Origin: Oopsacas minuta
Taxonomy: Eukaryota; Animalia; Porifera
Direction of reading: 5' to 3'
Assembly (NCBI GenBank): GCA_024704765.1
Contig: JAKMXF010000365.1
Location: forward strand, 62,001 to 126,000
DNA length: 64,000 nucleotides
Numbering within the stretch: position 1 is the first letter of the stretch; every line of letters starts with the position of its first letter. Below the pieces are notes generated by a model. That model saw only the letters and a list, made by a program, of their open reading frames with translations, was not told the origin of the DNA and did no database searches. Below are positions 11,752-26,300 of this stretch, piece after piece. A program made the position numbers and the translations under genes.

Positions 11752-14222
11752 ATGGTATCTAAGGACTATCAAACTGATATGACTGCTGTTTTATCTCCTA
11801 CATTCCAATCCTCCCAACTACACACCCCCAGACACCTCAGCAGGATTACTATAGATGACAACAAGTAATTGTTCTATTATTAGTAGTTTGTTGTTATTTA
11901 CGATATGCATATATCAGGTATCATGGATACAGAACTAAATCAGTTGGGACTCCATCTCCCGCAGACGGTCCTGCTACTCAACTAGATGGGAGTATTTGGG
12001 GAAGGAAACACGGATATGGTGGAATAGGTATGAATACTAATACGGAACCGGGACCTATTTCCTTGAGTACAGAATTCCCACGATCCCATAAACACTTCAC
12101 CAGTGGCATACATCCACACCCACGGTAACTGTCAAAATATCAATATTTATTGTTGTTTATTTGTATTCATATATACATTTTGTTGTTGATTTCAGTACGT
12201 CACAACAAATTTACAGAACTTCTCTTGATTTGGATAATATCAGAAGTCATGATTTTAAGTAAGTCATACATGACATTCCTATTCTGTATACTGGTTGCTA
12301 TGCTGTGTTAATGTCTGTTTGTTTGTAGGACGACAGACAGAAGAGATAGGTATGTGATTATATCTTGTACCCTAGTGGGCTATATTGTACCTAGATTGGA
12401 TCATTTATTGGGTATATTGTGGCGGGAATATTTGTAATTTTCTAACGAAAATATTCACACAAATCTGAAAATGGTGATAAATATGTGTGACCCAATCAGA
12501 TTGGAGGGCTTACCCAGTATATGTACCTTTATGTGTTAGAATAAAAGAACTACAGTCTCCCTTCCCAGCGGAACATCCATTCTACTCTCATACTCCGAGG
12601 TTCTCTATGTTCCCTGGGATACAGCCCTCTAGCTATACCCCTGAGAGTTCCAGACCTAGTTAGTTATGTTTATATATTATTAATCTTATTAATAATAAAC
12701 AAACAAACTAACAAACAAGCAAACAAACAAACAAATGAATAACCAGCTGTTCCCAACCTAGTGTCTACGAATGACAGTAGGGGTCAAACAAGTAACCACA
12801 TAAACAGACAAACGAGTAAACAAACAAACAAACAAATAAATAAATAAACAATCAAACAAACAAACAATCTGTAGGTTCAGCTGGATCTCCGGATAGATTT
12901 ATAAGACGCCTGACATCAGGTCGTCCTCCTAGCGGTAATCCTAACTACAATCAAGCAGGAGCTAGTGTGTATCCTGATCCTAAGATACGCGCTCCTCCTC
13001 CTATAGTCCTAGCTAAGACCAAGGGACAGGGTCTCCGTCAGGAGATGAGTGCTAGTAGGAGAGTTAGATCCGCTGCTGAAAATTGGGAACTAGATGAGGT
13101 GATAAGCCGGTCTGATAATTTGGTATGGGATGTACCCCGCTCCGCTAGACATGAGGTAACTAAACTGCCTCCTATGGGGTGTGAATATGATCCTCTTCCC
13201 TCTAGAAAGTAGTGACGTATCCCTCCCCCAGACTCATATTTGAAGGGCACAAGGATTGGTCCAGACACGAATCAGCTGTTCCTGTTCAGGATATAAAACG
13301 ATTGGTTAGTGCTAGGACCAATCACGTGCTAGAGAATCTACAGAGGTCATATTTACAGACCACTTATCAGAGACAATTCACAGGTGTTGGTCCTCAGGGA
13401 GAGGCTAAATTGGACGACTATGTACCTGGTTACAGACCATACTCTGCGGTATGTGATATCATATATCCGATGTGTATAGGTGTATATTTACACACCTTTC
13501 CTAGGAAAGAGGATCAGCCCTCAGTACCCGTACACAATTGCCCTCTGCTAGCTATTACAGAGCTGTACCATGGGAAGGCAGGCACTCAGCGTCAGCAGCT
13601 CACTTCCTTAGACACAGCCAGACACCTAGGGAAATTGAGAGAGGGGAGACCATCGATGAGACCACAGAGGGAGAACAGAGGTGTGAAGAGGAGAGTAGTA
13701 GTGATGAAGAGGCAGCTGATGAAAAGGTTGGTTACCATGACAACGATTAAGGAATGTATAATATAATTTTTTTAGACATCAAGTCGTAGAGTTAGTTTCA
13801 GAAATCAATCAGCTAACCAATCAGATTCGCTCCAGCTGACTTCCCCCACTCAATTCGAATACCCAGAGGTTATACAACATATCTACGATCCAGAAGAACC
13901 TCTACTAGACACAGAGAGATCTGGAACTATAGATGTGTCAGGTCCTAATTCTCCTATGAGTCTCAAATCTAGTTTGAAAAGGGTACATATCTCAGAGAGG
14001 CCTAGTTCTGCCCCCTCTGATGCTCCCCCCATCGTCCGAACCCCACGAACCATTACGTCATCAAAACGTCTCATGGACGCGTACACATTCAATCGGTCTG
14101 AATTAAGAAAGAACTTTCACTACATTCACCCAGAGGTGTCGCCAGACCTCCGTGAATTGGCCCGTTACCCCTCAGCAAAGAGACATACTATTCATGGAAT
14201 ACATTCCTATTACTTTCATTGA
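11752..14222 (+). CDS. SPMIP4: C7orf31/SPMIP4-like ciliary microtubule inner protein (multi-exon)
   Basis: Matches to C7orf31 motifs as recalled: WGRKHGYGGIGPISL, PFPAEHPFYSH..FSMFP, VLENLQRSYLQTTYQRQFTGVGP..LDDY, and C-terminal DLRE..KRHTIHGIHSYYFH. Confidence 0.75.
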
Positions 14223-14387
14223 TCACTATGACCTTATATGCACATTATCTCTTATATTATTATTGATATTATTATTGATATTATTATGTCTTAAACATTT
14301 TTACCTTTTGTTATTATATACGGAGATTTGTAAACAATTTATTGAGGTGTTTATTGTTTGTTTGTTGTTGTTTATTAGCTGTTGAGT

Positions 14388-17300
14388 ATGCTACATTTCT
14401 CTTCTATCACTTCTCTATCTAACTTAGTAAGTAATTATATAATATGGACCATGGATATTGAAGGATATTTTCTTCTTAAAAACTCAAAAAATGGTGTTAA
14501 AATGGTCGTTTACACCCCTTGAAGATCCATGTAGGGAGAAGTGACTCCTTATGTACCCATGGTCCATATTTTGATCCCATTTATTGGACAGTTTTATGAT
14601 TTATCATATTTAGGTTCCAACAATATTTGGAGATATATCTGGAAATTTTATGTTCTATAGACACAAGCATGCATTCCGATGGAGACCTTTCGTTGCTAGC
14701 TTTCATAATCACAAACATATACAAACAAATATCCAATACACAGTGAGTAAATTATAATAAACAAACAAACAAATAAACAATATTTCTATAGTTTAACGCT
14801 ATTCTCCGCAATATCGGTCTACCCTTAATATCACAAACTCAACTACAGCTGCTTGCAAGATCTCTATCAACCAATCAATTCTCTCGTATACCTCATACTA
14901 CTACATCTAATGATCTTATTGGTCAATACTTTACTAACAGGAGTATGCATACAGATGAGAAGTTAGTTATTAGAGAGCTGGAAGATAAAGCTAATGATTA
15001 TCCTACGGACCCTCTAGCCCAAGAGGCTTACCTCAAGGTAATAACATAGTATCCGACTAAATAGTGGAAAATTCATATAACACCTAACCGCGTTATTACC
15101 GGTATTACTCCGGTTATTACGGACACAATTTGGCTGTCTGTTGGTGTTCGTATTAACGAAGTTAAACTATGTTTGCTTATAAAATTATGTAATAAGCCTA
15201 TTGTTAAACTCTTTAATTTGATTGGGTATGATTCACGGTTGTATTTATTATTAGAGAGTGCTAGAGGTGGACCCCCATTACGTCATGAGGAGATTTGAGA
15301 CAGGAAGGTTTGCTATCAATAATTCTGTCCGCCGGTTATATCAAGAGGCCTTACTTTTAAGCGGGCAAACTAACAATCTAGCCAATAAGAACACAGTCTC
15401 TCCTGTTAACGTCGTTAAAGGTAATTAGCATAGGAAAATCTTAATCTTTTATGGCGACACTTTCACACCTTTTCTCAGAGATTTGTCTATCTTTCAGTTA
15501 GATATTTGTACGTGTTATAAAATACACCTTTTGACACCTACTTACCAAATTTCAAGTTCATATCTCTTCAATAACTGGACCAATAATCCAATTTTGTCCA
15601 ATAGGTACAACCGATAAACCATTGATAGTAGACATAGCTGAAAAGAAGTACAAATGGTTACGTGACGTCAGCAAGATATTACTGTATCTATTTATAGCGA
15701 CATACATACTACACACTATAGACACCAGTTTTAAAGGAGCGCTTCCTAACATGAAAAAGGCTGGATTCGCTCAAGACACAAATGAGAAAAAATACAAGTT
15801 GGTTTAGTTATCTAACCATGGATGGTGGATTTAGTATATCTGCTTGGATGTTGTTCTCCTCTCTTGGTTGGTTGGAGATTTGTATAGGAGCTAAATACGC
15901 CATCCATGGTTAGATAACTAATAAGCATATAGGAGAGGACATGAGGGCAACCCCCCCTTGGAAATATTTCTCCTTTCCTAAAGTGTAATTCAAACGCGCG
16001 CCAAAAATGATATTCAATAAATTATATTTACAGATTTTCAGATATACAAGGTGCTAAGGAAGCTAAAGAGGAACTAATTGAGGTTGTAGAGTTCCTAAAG
16101 ACCCCAGAGAAATTCCAGAGGCTGGGGGCTAAAATGCCAAAAGGTGTCCTCCTAATTGGACAGCCTGGGACAGGAAAGACCCTCTTGGCTCGGGCGGTAG
16201 CGGGTGAGGCTAACGTCCCTTTCTTCTTCACATCAGGATCAGAGTTTGATGAGATGTATGTTGGAGTAGGAGCAGCTAGATTAAGGAATTTATTCCAGAC
16301 TGCTAAGAATAGCAAGCCTTGTGTGGTTAGTTGTTTATTTGTTTGTATTTACTTCCATAATAATAATACAGTCAACTTCGGTTATACCCAACACAGATAT
16401 ATCAAAGTGTTACATTGTATAAATATTGTCCTAAACAAGGTAACGTATATTCCATCGGTTTTATCGAATAATTATTGTGCTCCCTTAAGCTGCTATAACA
16501 GGAATGAATTGTATTTAGTATCACTAATAAGAGACATCTCATTCGTATTGGGTTAACAGCTAGACAAAACACACACAAACTAGACCTAACACTTACATAC
16601 AAATTATAGAATACTTCTAACTACATAACACTTCACAATAGGCCTTTTAAGTTGAGGGACAGGGAATTTTAAAGATTACCAACTGATAACTGTCGTACCT
16701 CTGTCAGTTTTAAAGTTACATGTTCGTTCTTCGGCTCAGTACATAGCCCTGACAATTCTCTATCCCCTCAGTATTGTTTCCCCATAACCATCCCATTTTG
16801 TTTGATAAAGATGCACACACAGATCAAGAGCAGATTTATACAATTGAAACATATAAATAGCTAAAATCACACTGAAACATAACTCAACTAAGATGTACTA
16901 TATTCCAGCTTGGACGGTTATCCTCTTATTAAGTGGAGTATTCGCATTAGGGAACTTGTTGACATACACCATTGGGGTATCACAGGATCACTTTAGACCC
17001 GTGTTCCCCTTTGTCAGTGACACGGGGGCGTATCCTATAGAGAATGGATTCTTTGTTCTGGTATTCGCTATCACTTCGTTATTTGCATTACTTACAATTT
17101 ATATTCGTTTCAAAGATGTTCATATTCATACTGAAGGTGTCTGCTTTAAAGTATGTAACTACATTTTCCTTGTAATAGGAATTATGGCGATATTCTTCCT
17201 TCTGTCTGTCGCAGCATTCGAATTCGATGATTCAAGTCTGTCGAATCGTCTTCACTTTGCTTCAGCTATTCTAACCATTTTCTTGAATTATGTGTATTCG

Positions 17301-20300
17301 TTCGGACAGGCTTTTATTGGTCTGTTACTCCCCCCTATTCGTGTTTGGTGGAAATGGTTAGTATTCGCTATACAGCTGAGCATAACTATTTTCGGTATTA
17401 TTCTGTTTTTGTACTTTTTCGCAACTGCTTTCCTAGAAGCTAATATTTTCTATCTATCCGTGAAACGTAATGTGTCCTCTCTGGGTACAAATGAGGCCCT
17501 CTTGGCTCTCTATTACGAGGGTCTAGCTATCGATTACTCAAGGGCTGTTGTGGAATGGATGATATTCGTTGAGGTGATTGTATTTTTTTTAACTCTTATT
17601 CCTGATTTCCATCGCATCAGAGTTAATCTACAAATTACTCGTCCTTATGACCAAGGAGGTGTGAATACTATTGACAACGAGATGAAGAAAGTTTGAATTG
17701 TTGTTTGTTATTGTTTACTTCTAATTATCTTTAGTATAAGTTTGTTTGTAAACAAGTATAATCATATTATCTAATCAAATTCAATATCTTTTTGTTTGTT
17801 TGTTTATTAAAGAACTGACAAGAGTTACAGATTTGAAATTTGGTAAAAGTATAGAATATGATATAAATATAAATAATATCAAAGAGAAATGTCGAAAACT
17901 CTCTGAGATAGGTGACAAAATATCTATTCATATGGTTCTGTACCTGGTTAAGTAACCGGATTAATCAGTGGCTCTATTAAACAGAGTCTGCTATATTCTT
18001 AACACCTTCAGAGGTTGTTAATTAAATCAGAATATGTACGTACACATGGCATATATCACAGAAATGAGGTGTGATGTAATTAAAATTAAATAGGCTTCAT
18101 CAGAATAATTATTTATACTATTTTGACTGATACATGTTTACAATCGAATCTGCTTAATCGGGTCGAATGGCCTCAGTTCCTGTAACCATATATGAATAGA
18201 TATTTTGTCACCTATCTCAGAGAGTTTTCGACATTTCTCTTTGATATTATTTATATTTATATCATATTCTATACTTTTACCAAATTTCAAATCTGTAACT
18301 CTTGTCAGTTCTTTAATAAACAAACAAACAAAAAGATATTGAATTTGATTAGATAATATGATTATACTTGTTTACAAACAAACTTATACTAAAGATAATT
18401 AGAAGTAAACAATAACAAACAACAATTCAAACTTTCTTCATCTCGTTGTCAATAGTATTCACACCTCCTTGGTCATAAGGACGAGTAATTTGTAGATTAA
18501 CTCTGATGCGATGGAAATCAGGAATAAGAGTCAAAAAAAATACAATCACCTCAACGAATATCATCCATTGCACAACAGCCCTTGAGTAATCGATAGCTAG
18601 ACCCTCGTAATAGAGAGCCAAGAGGGTCTCATTTGTACCCAGAGAGGACACATTACGTCCCACGGATAGATAGAAAATATTAGCTTCAAAGAAAGAGGCT
18701 GCGAAATAGTAGAAAAACAGAATAATACCGAAAATAGTTATGCTCAGCTGTATAGCGAATACTAACCATTTCCACCAAACACGAATAGGGGGGAGTAACA
18801 GACCAATAAAAGCCTGTCCGAACGAATACACATAATTCAAGAAAATGGTTAGAATAGCTGAAGCAAAGTGAAGACGATTCGACAGACTTGAATCATCGAA
18901 TTCGAATGCTGCGACAGACAGAAGGAAGAATATCGCCATAATTCCTATTACAAGGAAAATGTAGTTACATACTTTAAAGCAGACACCTTCAGTATGAATA
19001 TGAACATCTTTGAAACGAATATAAATTGTAAGTAATGCAAATAACGAAGTGATAGCGAATACCAGAACAAAGAATCCATTCTCTATAGGATACGCCCCCG
19101 TGTCACTGATATAGGGGAACACGGGTCTAAAGTGATCCTGTGATACCCCAATGGTGTATGTCAACAAGTTCCCTAATGCGAATACTCCACTTAATAAGAG
19201 GATAACCGTCCAAGCTGGAATATAGTACATCTTAGTTGAGTTATGTTTGTTAAGAAATTCAAAGTATTTATAGAATATATAAGACTATTTATTGAAGTGT
19301 GAAAGTAACAAAAGGTCTTTAATTAGGTTCCTGGTTTTACAGCTATGGTATTTTGTGTAATATACATAGCTGTTAGTTTCAAATTATGGTTCCAATAGCA
19401 TATAATGTTGAATACTATACTTCATGTGATTATATAGACCCACAGATAAATGGGATATCACATACCTTAGTTACCAGATGCTGACTGAAATATTCATCTT
19501 ATATAACCTATATGAATATCAAATAGATTATAATCCTATATTCACACCTAATTATAAATGGCTTCAGTACACATATCTAGTGTTGAGGACACAAACGATG
19601 AGGCTACCTCTTGTAAGAAACTGGCCAATGACTTAGGGTACTTCACAGACCCATTCCTCAAATATTTCTGTAAAGAGTGTCCCAAGCGGTCCCCAGAAAT
19701 TAACCGTGGTTATTATGCTAGATACATTGGAATGCAGGAATGTGTAGATAAATTTATCGGAAAAACTATTGGTCGATCACCACAGATTGTTAATCTAGGC
19801 GCGGGGTTTGACACATTGTTTTGGCGCCTAGCTAGTTGCTATGACAACGAAGATATGCCTGTGGTATTCGAGGTTGATTTACATACAGTGACGTCACGAA
19901 AATGTTTACATATCAAAACGAAGAAGCATCTAATCTCATTGGTTGAAAAGTTTGGTAAGGCAAGCATTGCAAAAGGAGAATTGCATTCTGACAAATATCA
20001 CCTTATCTCATGTGATATACAAAACACCTCTAAAATGGAACTAAGATTAATTAGTTCCGGTTTAGATAAGGATAAGCCTATTCTCTTCTTATGTGAGTGT
20101 TTGTTAGTGTATATTCCATGCATATTTGTACAGGAATTGGTAACCTGGGTAGCTCATAACTTTCACACTTCCCAATTTGTGTCATATGGTCCCGTCAATT
20201 TATCCGACACCTTCGGGGAGGTTATGGAGAACAATTTGAAGAGATCAAGGTGTGATCTATTGGGAGCAGATTTATGCAAGAGTCTAGACACACAACTTGA

Positions 20301-23300
20301 TCTAATAAAGCCATTCCAGAAGAGAGGTGTCGTTACTATGGACAATGTATACAGGAATGTGCAAGATAAGGAGAGGAGAAGAATTGAGAAGATTGAACTC
20401 ATGGATGAGATAGAACCCTTCTATCAACTCCTGTCACATTATTGTGTCACTATAGGTGTTAATGACACCTCTTCTATAGGATTAAGCACTGTATTATGAT
20501 TATTATTCACACGTTATGATTAATCATATTATAACATGTATCAACAAGGAACCTGGACAATTAGGCAATCAGAACTGTTTATCATATACCATCTTGTTTA
20601 CCCAATAAATACAAACAAACAAATATTGTGCAATAATAATATTCACTAATACAATGAATCATAACCTTTAGTATACGTGTTATAATATTGAACTATCTAA
20701 CAACTTTCCTTCGGGTGTACACACCGTTAATAGTGTCACATCTAGGACAATAGTGCTCCACATCCATCATACCACTTATACACAGAGGTATAAGAGATAG
20801 AGGGAGACACAGGACAGGGAAGAGTAGGAGTACGGACATGATTCCTATCACCAGGGCGATAATCCAGCAGTAGAGATAGTTCTGAGACCCCAACCGTTTA
20901 CGCGTATAAGTTACCTACAAATATCCATACAGTAGACCGGTTAATCGGGTTAGAGGCTAGTTTGACCCGATTAACCGGTGACTCTATAAAGCAGATAGAT
21001 ACATTCTATATAGTCAGTAGCGTAACTAGGGAGAAGGAGCTCTTACCTGGTCTGTTTTACATTTGAAACATCTGATTGTTTGAGGATTAGGTCCTCTTAT
21101 ATCTGGAACTGGAACTTCATCAAAAACTGAAGATCTCACATCTTGTAACTACAAGATATAACCATGGATAACATAATTATCTAGCTGTCCCAAACCTGGG
21201 TCCACAGGATCTCACAATTTGTATTACAGTCTATGGGAAACCCTGCAATAATCTATACTTGCTATCCCTGGTCCATACAATACAATAACTTACATTAACT
21301 TCGGAATCAGCATCCACCAGAGGATCCAAGTCTTGATAGAGCTTATGAGTTGGAGTATTCTCCATCGTAGGTCTCTGCATCATAAGAGGAGGAGAATCTG
21401 GGTTTTGTCCCCCATGAAACAACGCTCCGGGCCCCTGACTCCCTTGGAAGGCCTGCTTGACAGCCGGATGGTGTGCTAGATAGGATGGGACCGGATCGTT
21501 GTACACAGGACTTATTTCATTCTGATCTGAGTACATTTGTAGAATTGTTAAAACTCATTTTAGGGTCTCTGATTTGTATTTATACTTTACCGGAGTGCAT
21601 ACTGATAAACCCTCGAATCTTATTGGTTGAGAACTCACGAATTTCGCGGGAATTTACAATTTTATTAATTTCTTATTTTATGGAATTTATTAAATTCTAT
21701 TTTTAGAAATATTATATTTAATTATACAATTATTGAAGGGTGTAAAATTGGATTTTTTGCTCTCCTGGATGGTGCTTATATATTGTACCCCTATTGGATA
21801 AAACATTAAATATTATTATGACGTATTTGACACCTATAACTAAATGACAATATGAATATTTTCGGGGTAGAACCTAGGAAGGAGTTTAGCATCTAATAAG
21901 TAAACAATAACAATAATAAATAGGTAACAAAAGTTTGTCAACAAAAATCTAAAGTAGAATTCATAAACAATTATATAACAGTCACTATGCCACTCTAGAC
22001 ACACCATTCAGGTGGTTGCAGTTAGGACACACATGAGCTGTGTCCATCAATCCTGGAATACACAAGGCGACAAATGCGAATGGCAGGAAAAAGATTGGGA
22101 ACAGGAATATTCCAGAAAGGATCAAAATAACAACAGCTGTAATGCCACACACTATCCAATTCATTGCTCCTATTCTCTTAGTTGTCCTCGTCACCTATAA
22201 ACATACTTTATATCACATTTTCACACCTAATGGAATAGTAATAATATCAAAAAGAGACCCTACCCCTAGGTGCAAGGATAGTCTCATTGGTCGACACATT
22301 ACATTGAAATAATATGGTACCAAATTGACCCATTCGGGGACCCTCCTCTACTTATAATCGTTACATAACAACCGATATACACAATAGGTATTTACCTGTT
22401 CAGTCCTGCAGTTGACACAATTTATCTTCTGAGGAACAGACCCGAATGAGGACACAACAGTTACTACCTTGACAGGTTGAGATTGAGTAGGTGGGGCTTG
22501 TGGTGTCGTATATTGAGCCTACAGTAATTGAGTTAGCATAACACCTAGATGACACATTTTGTGCCGCTAATAATGTGACATAACTTATTGTATAATGACA
22601 CAAAGTTGTCGCTAAGTGGATACCGGTTATAAGGAATACATATTCTAATAACCGGTTTCCACGGGATGGTACTATCCGGTATCTACTGTAATTACCTGTG
22701 GGTACTGTTGAGGAGGGTACCCCTGCTGGGGAGGTGGGTACGGTTGTTGGTACCCCTGTTGGGGGGCAGGAGGATACCCCTGGGCATACCCCTGAGGAGG
22801 GGGAGCATACCCCTGTGCGGGGGGAGCATACCCCTGTGCAGGGGGATTTGGATACATTGGATTTACTGGGGGAGGTGCTCCCACTTTAGTTGGCTCATAG
22901 GGTGGTGGTGGTCCTTGCATAGCTAATATTAGTAAATACAAATTGATATATATATATATTGTCCGTTAGGTGTGAATATGATTATAGAATGTCGGGACCG
23001 AAACCAGAAGACGCGCCCAATAGTCACAAACCAATTGTCTAGAATATAAATATCAAATATCCACACCTCTATGAGAAAAGGTGACAAAACACCACCCAAT
23101 CAGATTTAAGGGTTACTAATAATTTCCTTATCCAAGGCACTATACATGGTAAATTCCTTCATGACACACTGGTTGTCAAGAAGAAGGTCTATTAGGAGAG
23201 GAGAGGAGAGGAGAGGAGAGGAGGGCATTAAAATCTAGGATTATAGATATTTATACTACTTATTGAATGAGCCTATTAGTATAGTATTACACTCTATGGC

Positions 23301-26300
23301 TATGTTATCACTTTCAAAACCTTTAATGTTTTGCGATGGTAATTAGGATATTGTAGTCCTTCATTAGATACCCTCCCTCCCTAAAGGGTGTAGCCAAATA
23401 CCAACAAGGTAACCATGGAAACTGGGACATAACACGTCACAGAAGCCTGTTAGGGGAGTTTATGAATATATTCTTGTATAGAATGCTATGATTCATGGTA
23501 TGTAGTATGTGATTATATGTTATGTCCCCTGTCCAAAGGTGCATTGGTGCCTGTCTCCATGGGACACATCGCCTTCCTTAGGTGTCATATTACTTAATTA
23601 TAAGCACACTTTATTTAACTCACAAAACAAGATAAATAATAAATAGAAATAATAAGCTAATAAAAATAGAAAAAGCTAACACAATAATGATGTGACCTGT
23701 ATAGCTGTCACGTGTTTGTTGATGTTTACAGCTGTTTGTGCACACCGTTAACATGGTTACAGTTAGGGCAAATATGTTCCACATCCTTCAAACCAGGAAT
23801 ACACAAGGCAATGAATGCGAGGGGGATGAGACAGAATGGGATCAATAACTCAGGTCCCAAAATGCATAACACTAATGCAATTATAGCACAGACAAGCCAA
23901 TTCATCGTTCCTACCTTCCTTCTTATTACTGTTGCCTAGAAACGAGTAAAATATGTAAATACTGATATATTATAAGGTGTGAAATCTGGTGAAGGGGACT
24001 CAATAGAGCAATTGGTCTTGAGCCATTGTTAGCGATATTTAACCATATATCACCCTGTATTACATATCCCTACGGTTACCTTGGTTACGTATTACATATG
24101 TGTTCAGGAACTATTCCTCTAATTGGTTCTTTCCTGGATTTTCACGATTTTCTGTAATTTCCATTTTTAAAGTGTAAATAATTTGAATTTTTATTGTTAA
24201 AAATAAATAACAAATCACTGTCTGTCTATGCTTACATTTTACTAAATTCATTTTTGTGGATTATTGAAACTATTTTATTCTACTAATTATCCATTTTAAC
24301 AAAGAGAGGTGTGAACTGCAGAGCGAAAACATTATAATACTATTAATAGCATTAGTTAACACATATTTACCTGCTCGGTTTTGCAGTTTGTGCAACAAAT
24401 TCGCTGAGAAGTATTTCCAAAGTGGGTAGTAATTACCACGTTAGTCACCGCCGGTTGCTGCTGGACAGGGGCTCCCTAAATAACAAATTATGGTGAACAC
24501 ATATTATTAGCTGATTAAAACCGCCAAAACTTACAGGTTGAGGATACGGTTGGGGTACCTGGGCAGGAGGGTATGGTTGTTGTTGAGGGGCACCAGGGGG
24601 ATAGGGCTGTTGTTGAGGGGCACCAGGGGGATAGGGCTGTTGTTGAGGGACACCAGGGGGATAGGGCTGTTGTTGGGGGGCACCAGAGGGATAGGGCTGT
24701 TGGACAGGTGCCGGTGGGTACTGCTCTGCTGGAGTATATTGTGGTGGATTTTCTCCTTGCATATTTTCTTACCTAAAAACGGATAATTTGTTAACCTAGA
24801 TACATGAAAATATGATAATCGCCTCCGATTAGTAGCGACACCTTCAAGGGCACCAAATGTACCCCTAGCAGACCCCCCTGGGTCCAATGTGTCCCTATTT
24901 AGCGGAGTCAACTGTAAGAAAATAACCTTTTAAGAGGAGTTTTCTTTTCTTGAATGAATATTATATCTAATAATTGTGATATTCCACTATTTAAAGAATA
25001 CAAATGCCTAACATTTATCGTATGCTAATTGGAATTAAGCTACGTATGCTATTTCTAGAGGTGGAATATTGGTCGAATACACTCTATACAGTTATAATTG
25101 ATTACTAGTGTTCACACTGCACTATTTTGGCTACAAGTGCATATTTATTGGATACATATGTGGGGCGAGTGTTAACCATGGAAACTGGGACATAGCTTTT
25201 CTTTCAAAGCCGCAGAATAATTCATTGTATGTAGTATTATGTCCTCTGTCCAAGGGTGTTAGAAATTCATCAATGCCCAACTACAATTCGGGGTAAATGG
25301 CATGTTTTTGTGATAAATTTTTTTGAATAAAGTGATATAAAGGCCTATAAATCCTATTTATCCTATTTATACTTCACGAAACGACTAGAGGGATCTCTCA
25401 ACCAATCAGATATCAGTCTATCTCTTCTTCATTCCATTAAGATAGTTGCAATTAGGACACCTGTGTTCTATATCCTTCAGTGACGTAATACATAAGCAAA
25501 TACATGCGAACGGAAAGAGTATTGGTCCAACTCCTAGTAGGCACATAATTAGGATGGTAACCAAGCATATTAGCCAACTTTTTGATCCAACTTTGTATTT
25601 CAGTCTTGTTATCTAAATACAATCATTTAATTATTGAGGAAATGGGATGAGGTACACACTTCAAATTTGGCATGTAGGTGTGAAGTGGTGTAAATATGGA
25701 CATGTATAAATTTCAAAATTAAATCTTGACATTACTCGGAGAAAAGGTGACAAAATGTACTCGCCCAATCAGATTATAGAGGTTACTACTAATGTTATTA
25801 ATTGATAATACAGTAATTTGATTGGTTACCTGTTCCGTATCGCAATTGATACAAGTGATATGAACTGGAACTGTGTCAAATACTGTCACCTTAGTAACCA
25901 TTTTGACTGGTTGTGTCTGTACCGGCTGTTGCATCTAAACGGATAATTATCTTCTTAACAACCATATTTTACTAAGGAATGCGAATAAAAGCATGTAACA
26001 ACGAATTTACTTGTATCACTACTGGAGGAGGTTGTTGTTGTACATAATATCCAGGCGGTTGTTGTTGTTGTTGCTGTTGTTGTTGTTGTTGTTGTTGCTG
26101 TTGTTGTTGTTGTTGATATTGTGGGATTTGTGACTGATAGTCAGGGGCATATGATGAAGGAGGTGGAGGATCACTAAAATCAGTCATAAAATATCCTAAT
26201 CAGATTACAATGGAATGTGTAAGGTAACACCTATAACTACAAACAGAACTATTAGTATTTATCAGCAAATTTCTTGTTTACCTTGAATGTTTGTCTGTTT

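Larger units (their letters stand above)
16875..19248. repeat. Inverted segmental duplication: arms about 16875-17937 and 18184-19248, spacer about 245 bp
   Basis: Direct reverse-complement comparison shows near-identity from 18 bp upstream of each ATG to about 240 bp past each stop. Confidence 0.95.

Noticed and set aside
16134-16556. Bacterial ftsH gene or horizontal transfer
   Set aside because: The frame runs into an intron; spliceosomal introns and an N-terminal targeting region identify nuclear YME1L1.
18138-18323. Similar short ORFs here and at 43122-43334 (R.T.L.FG) as a gene family
   Set aside because: Both are chance translations of the degenerate AGCTACAAACTTGAAATTTGG repeat family; no proper gene structure.
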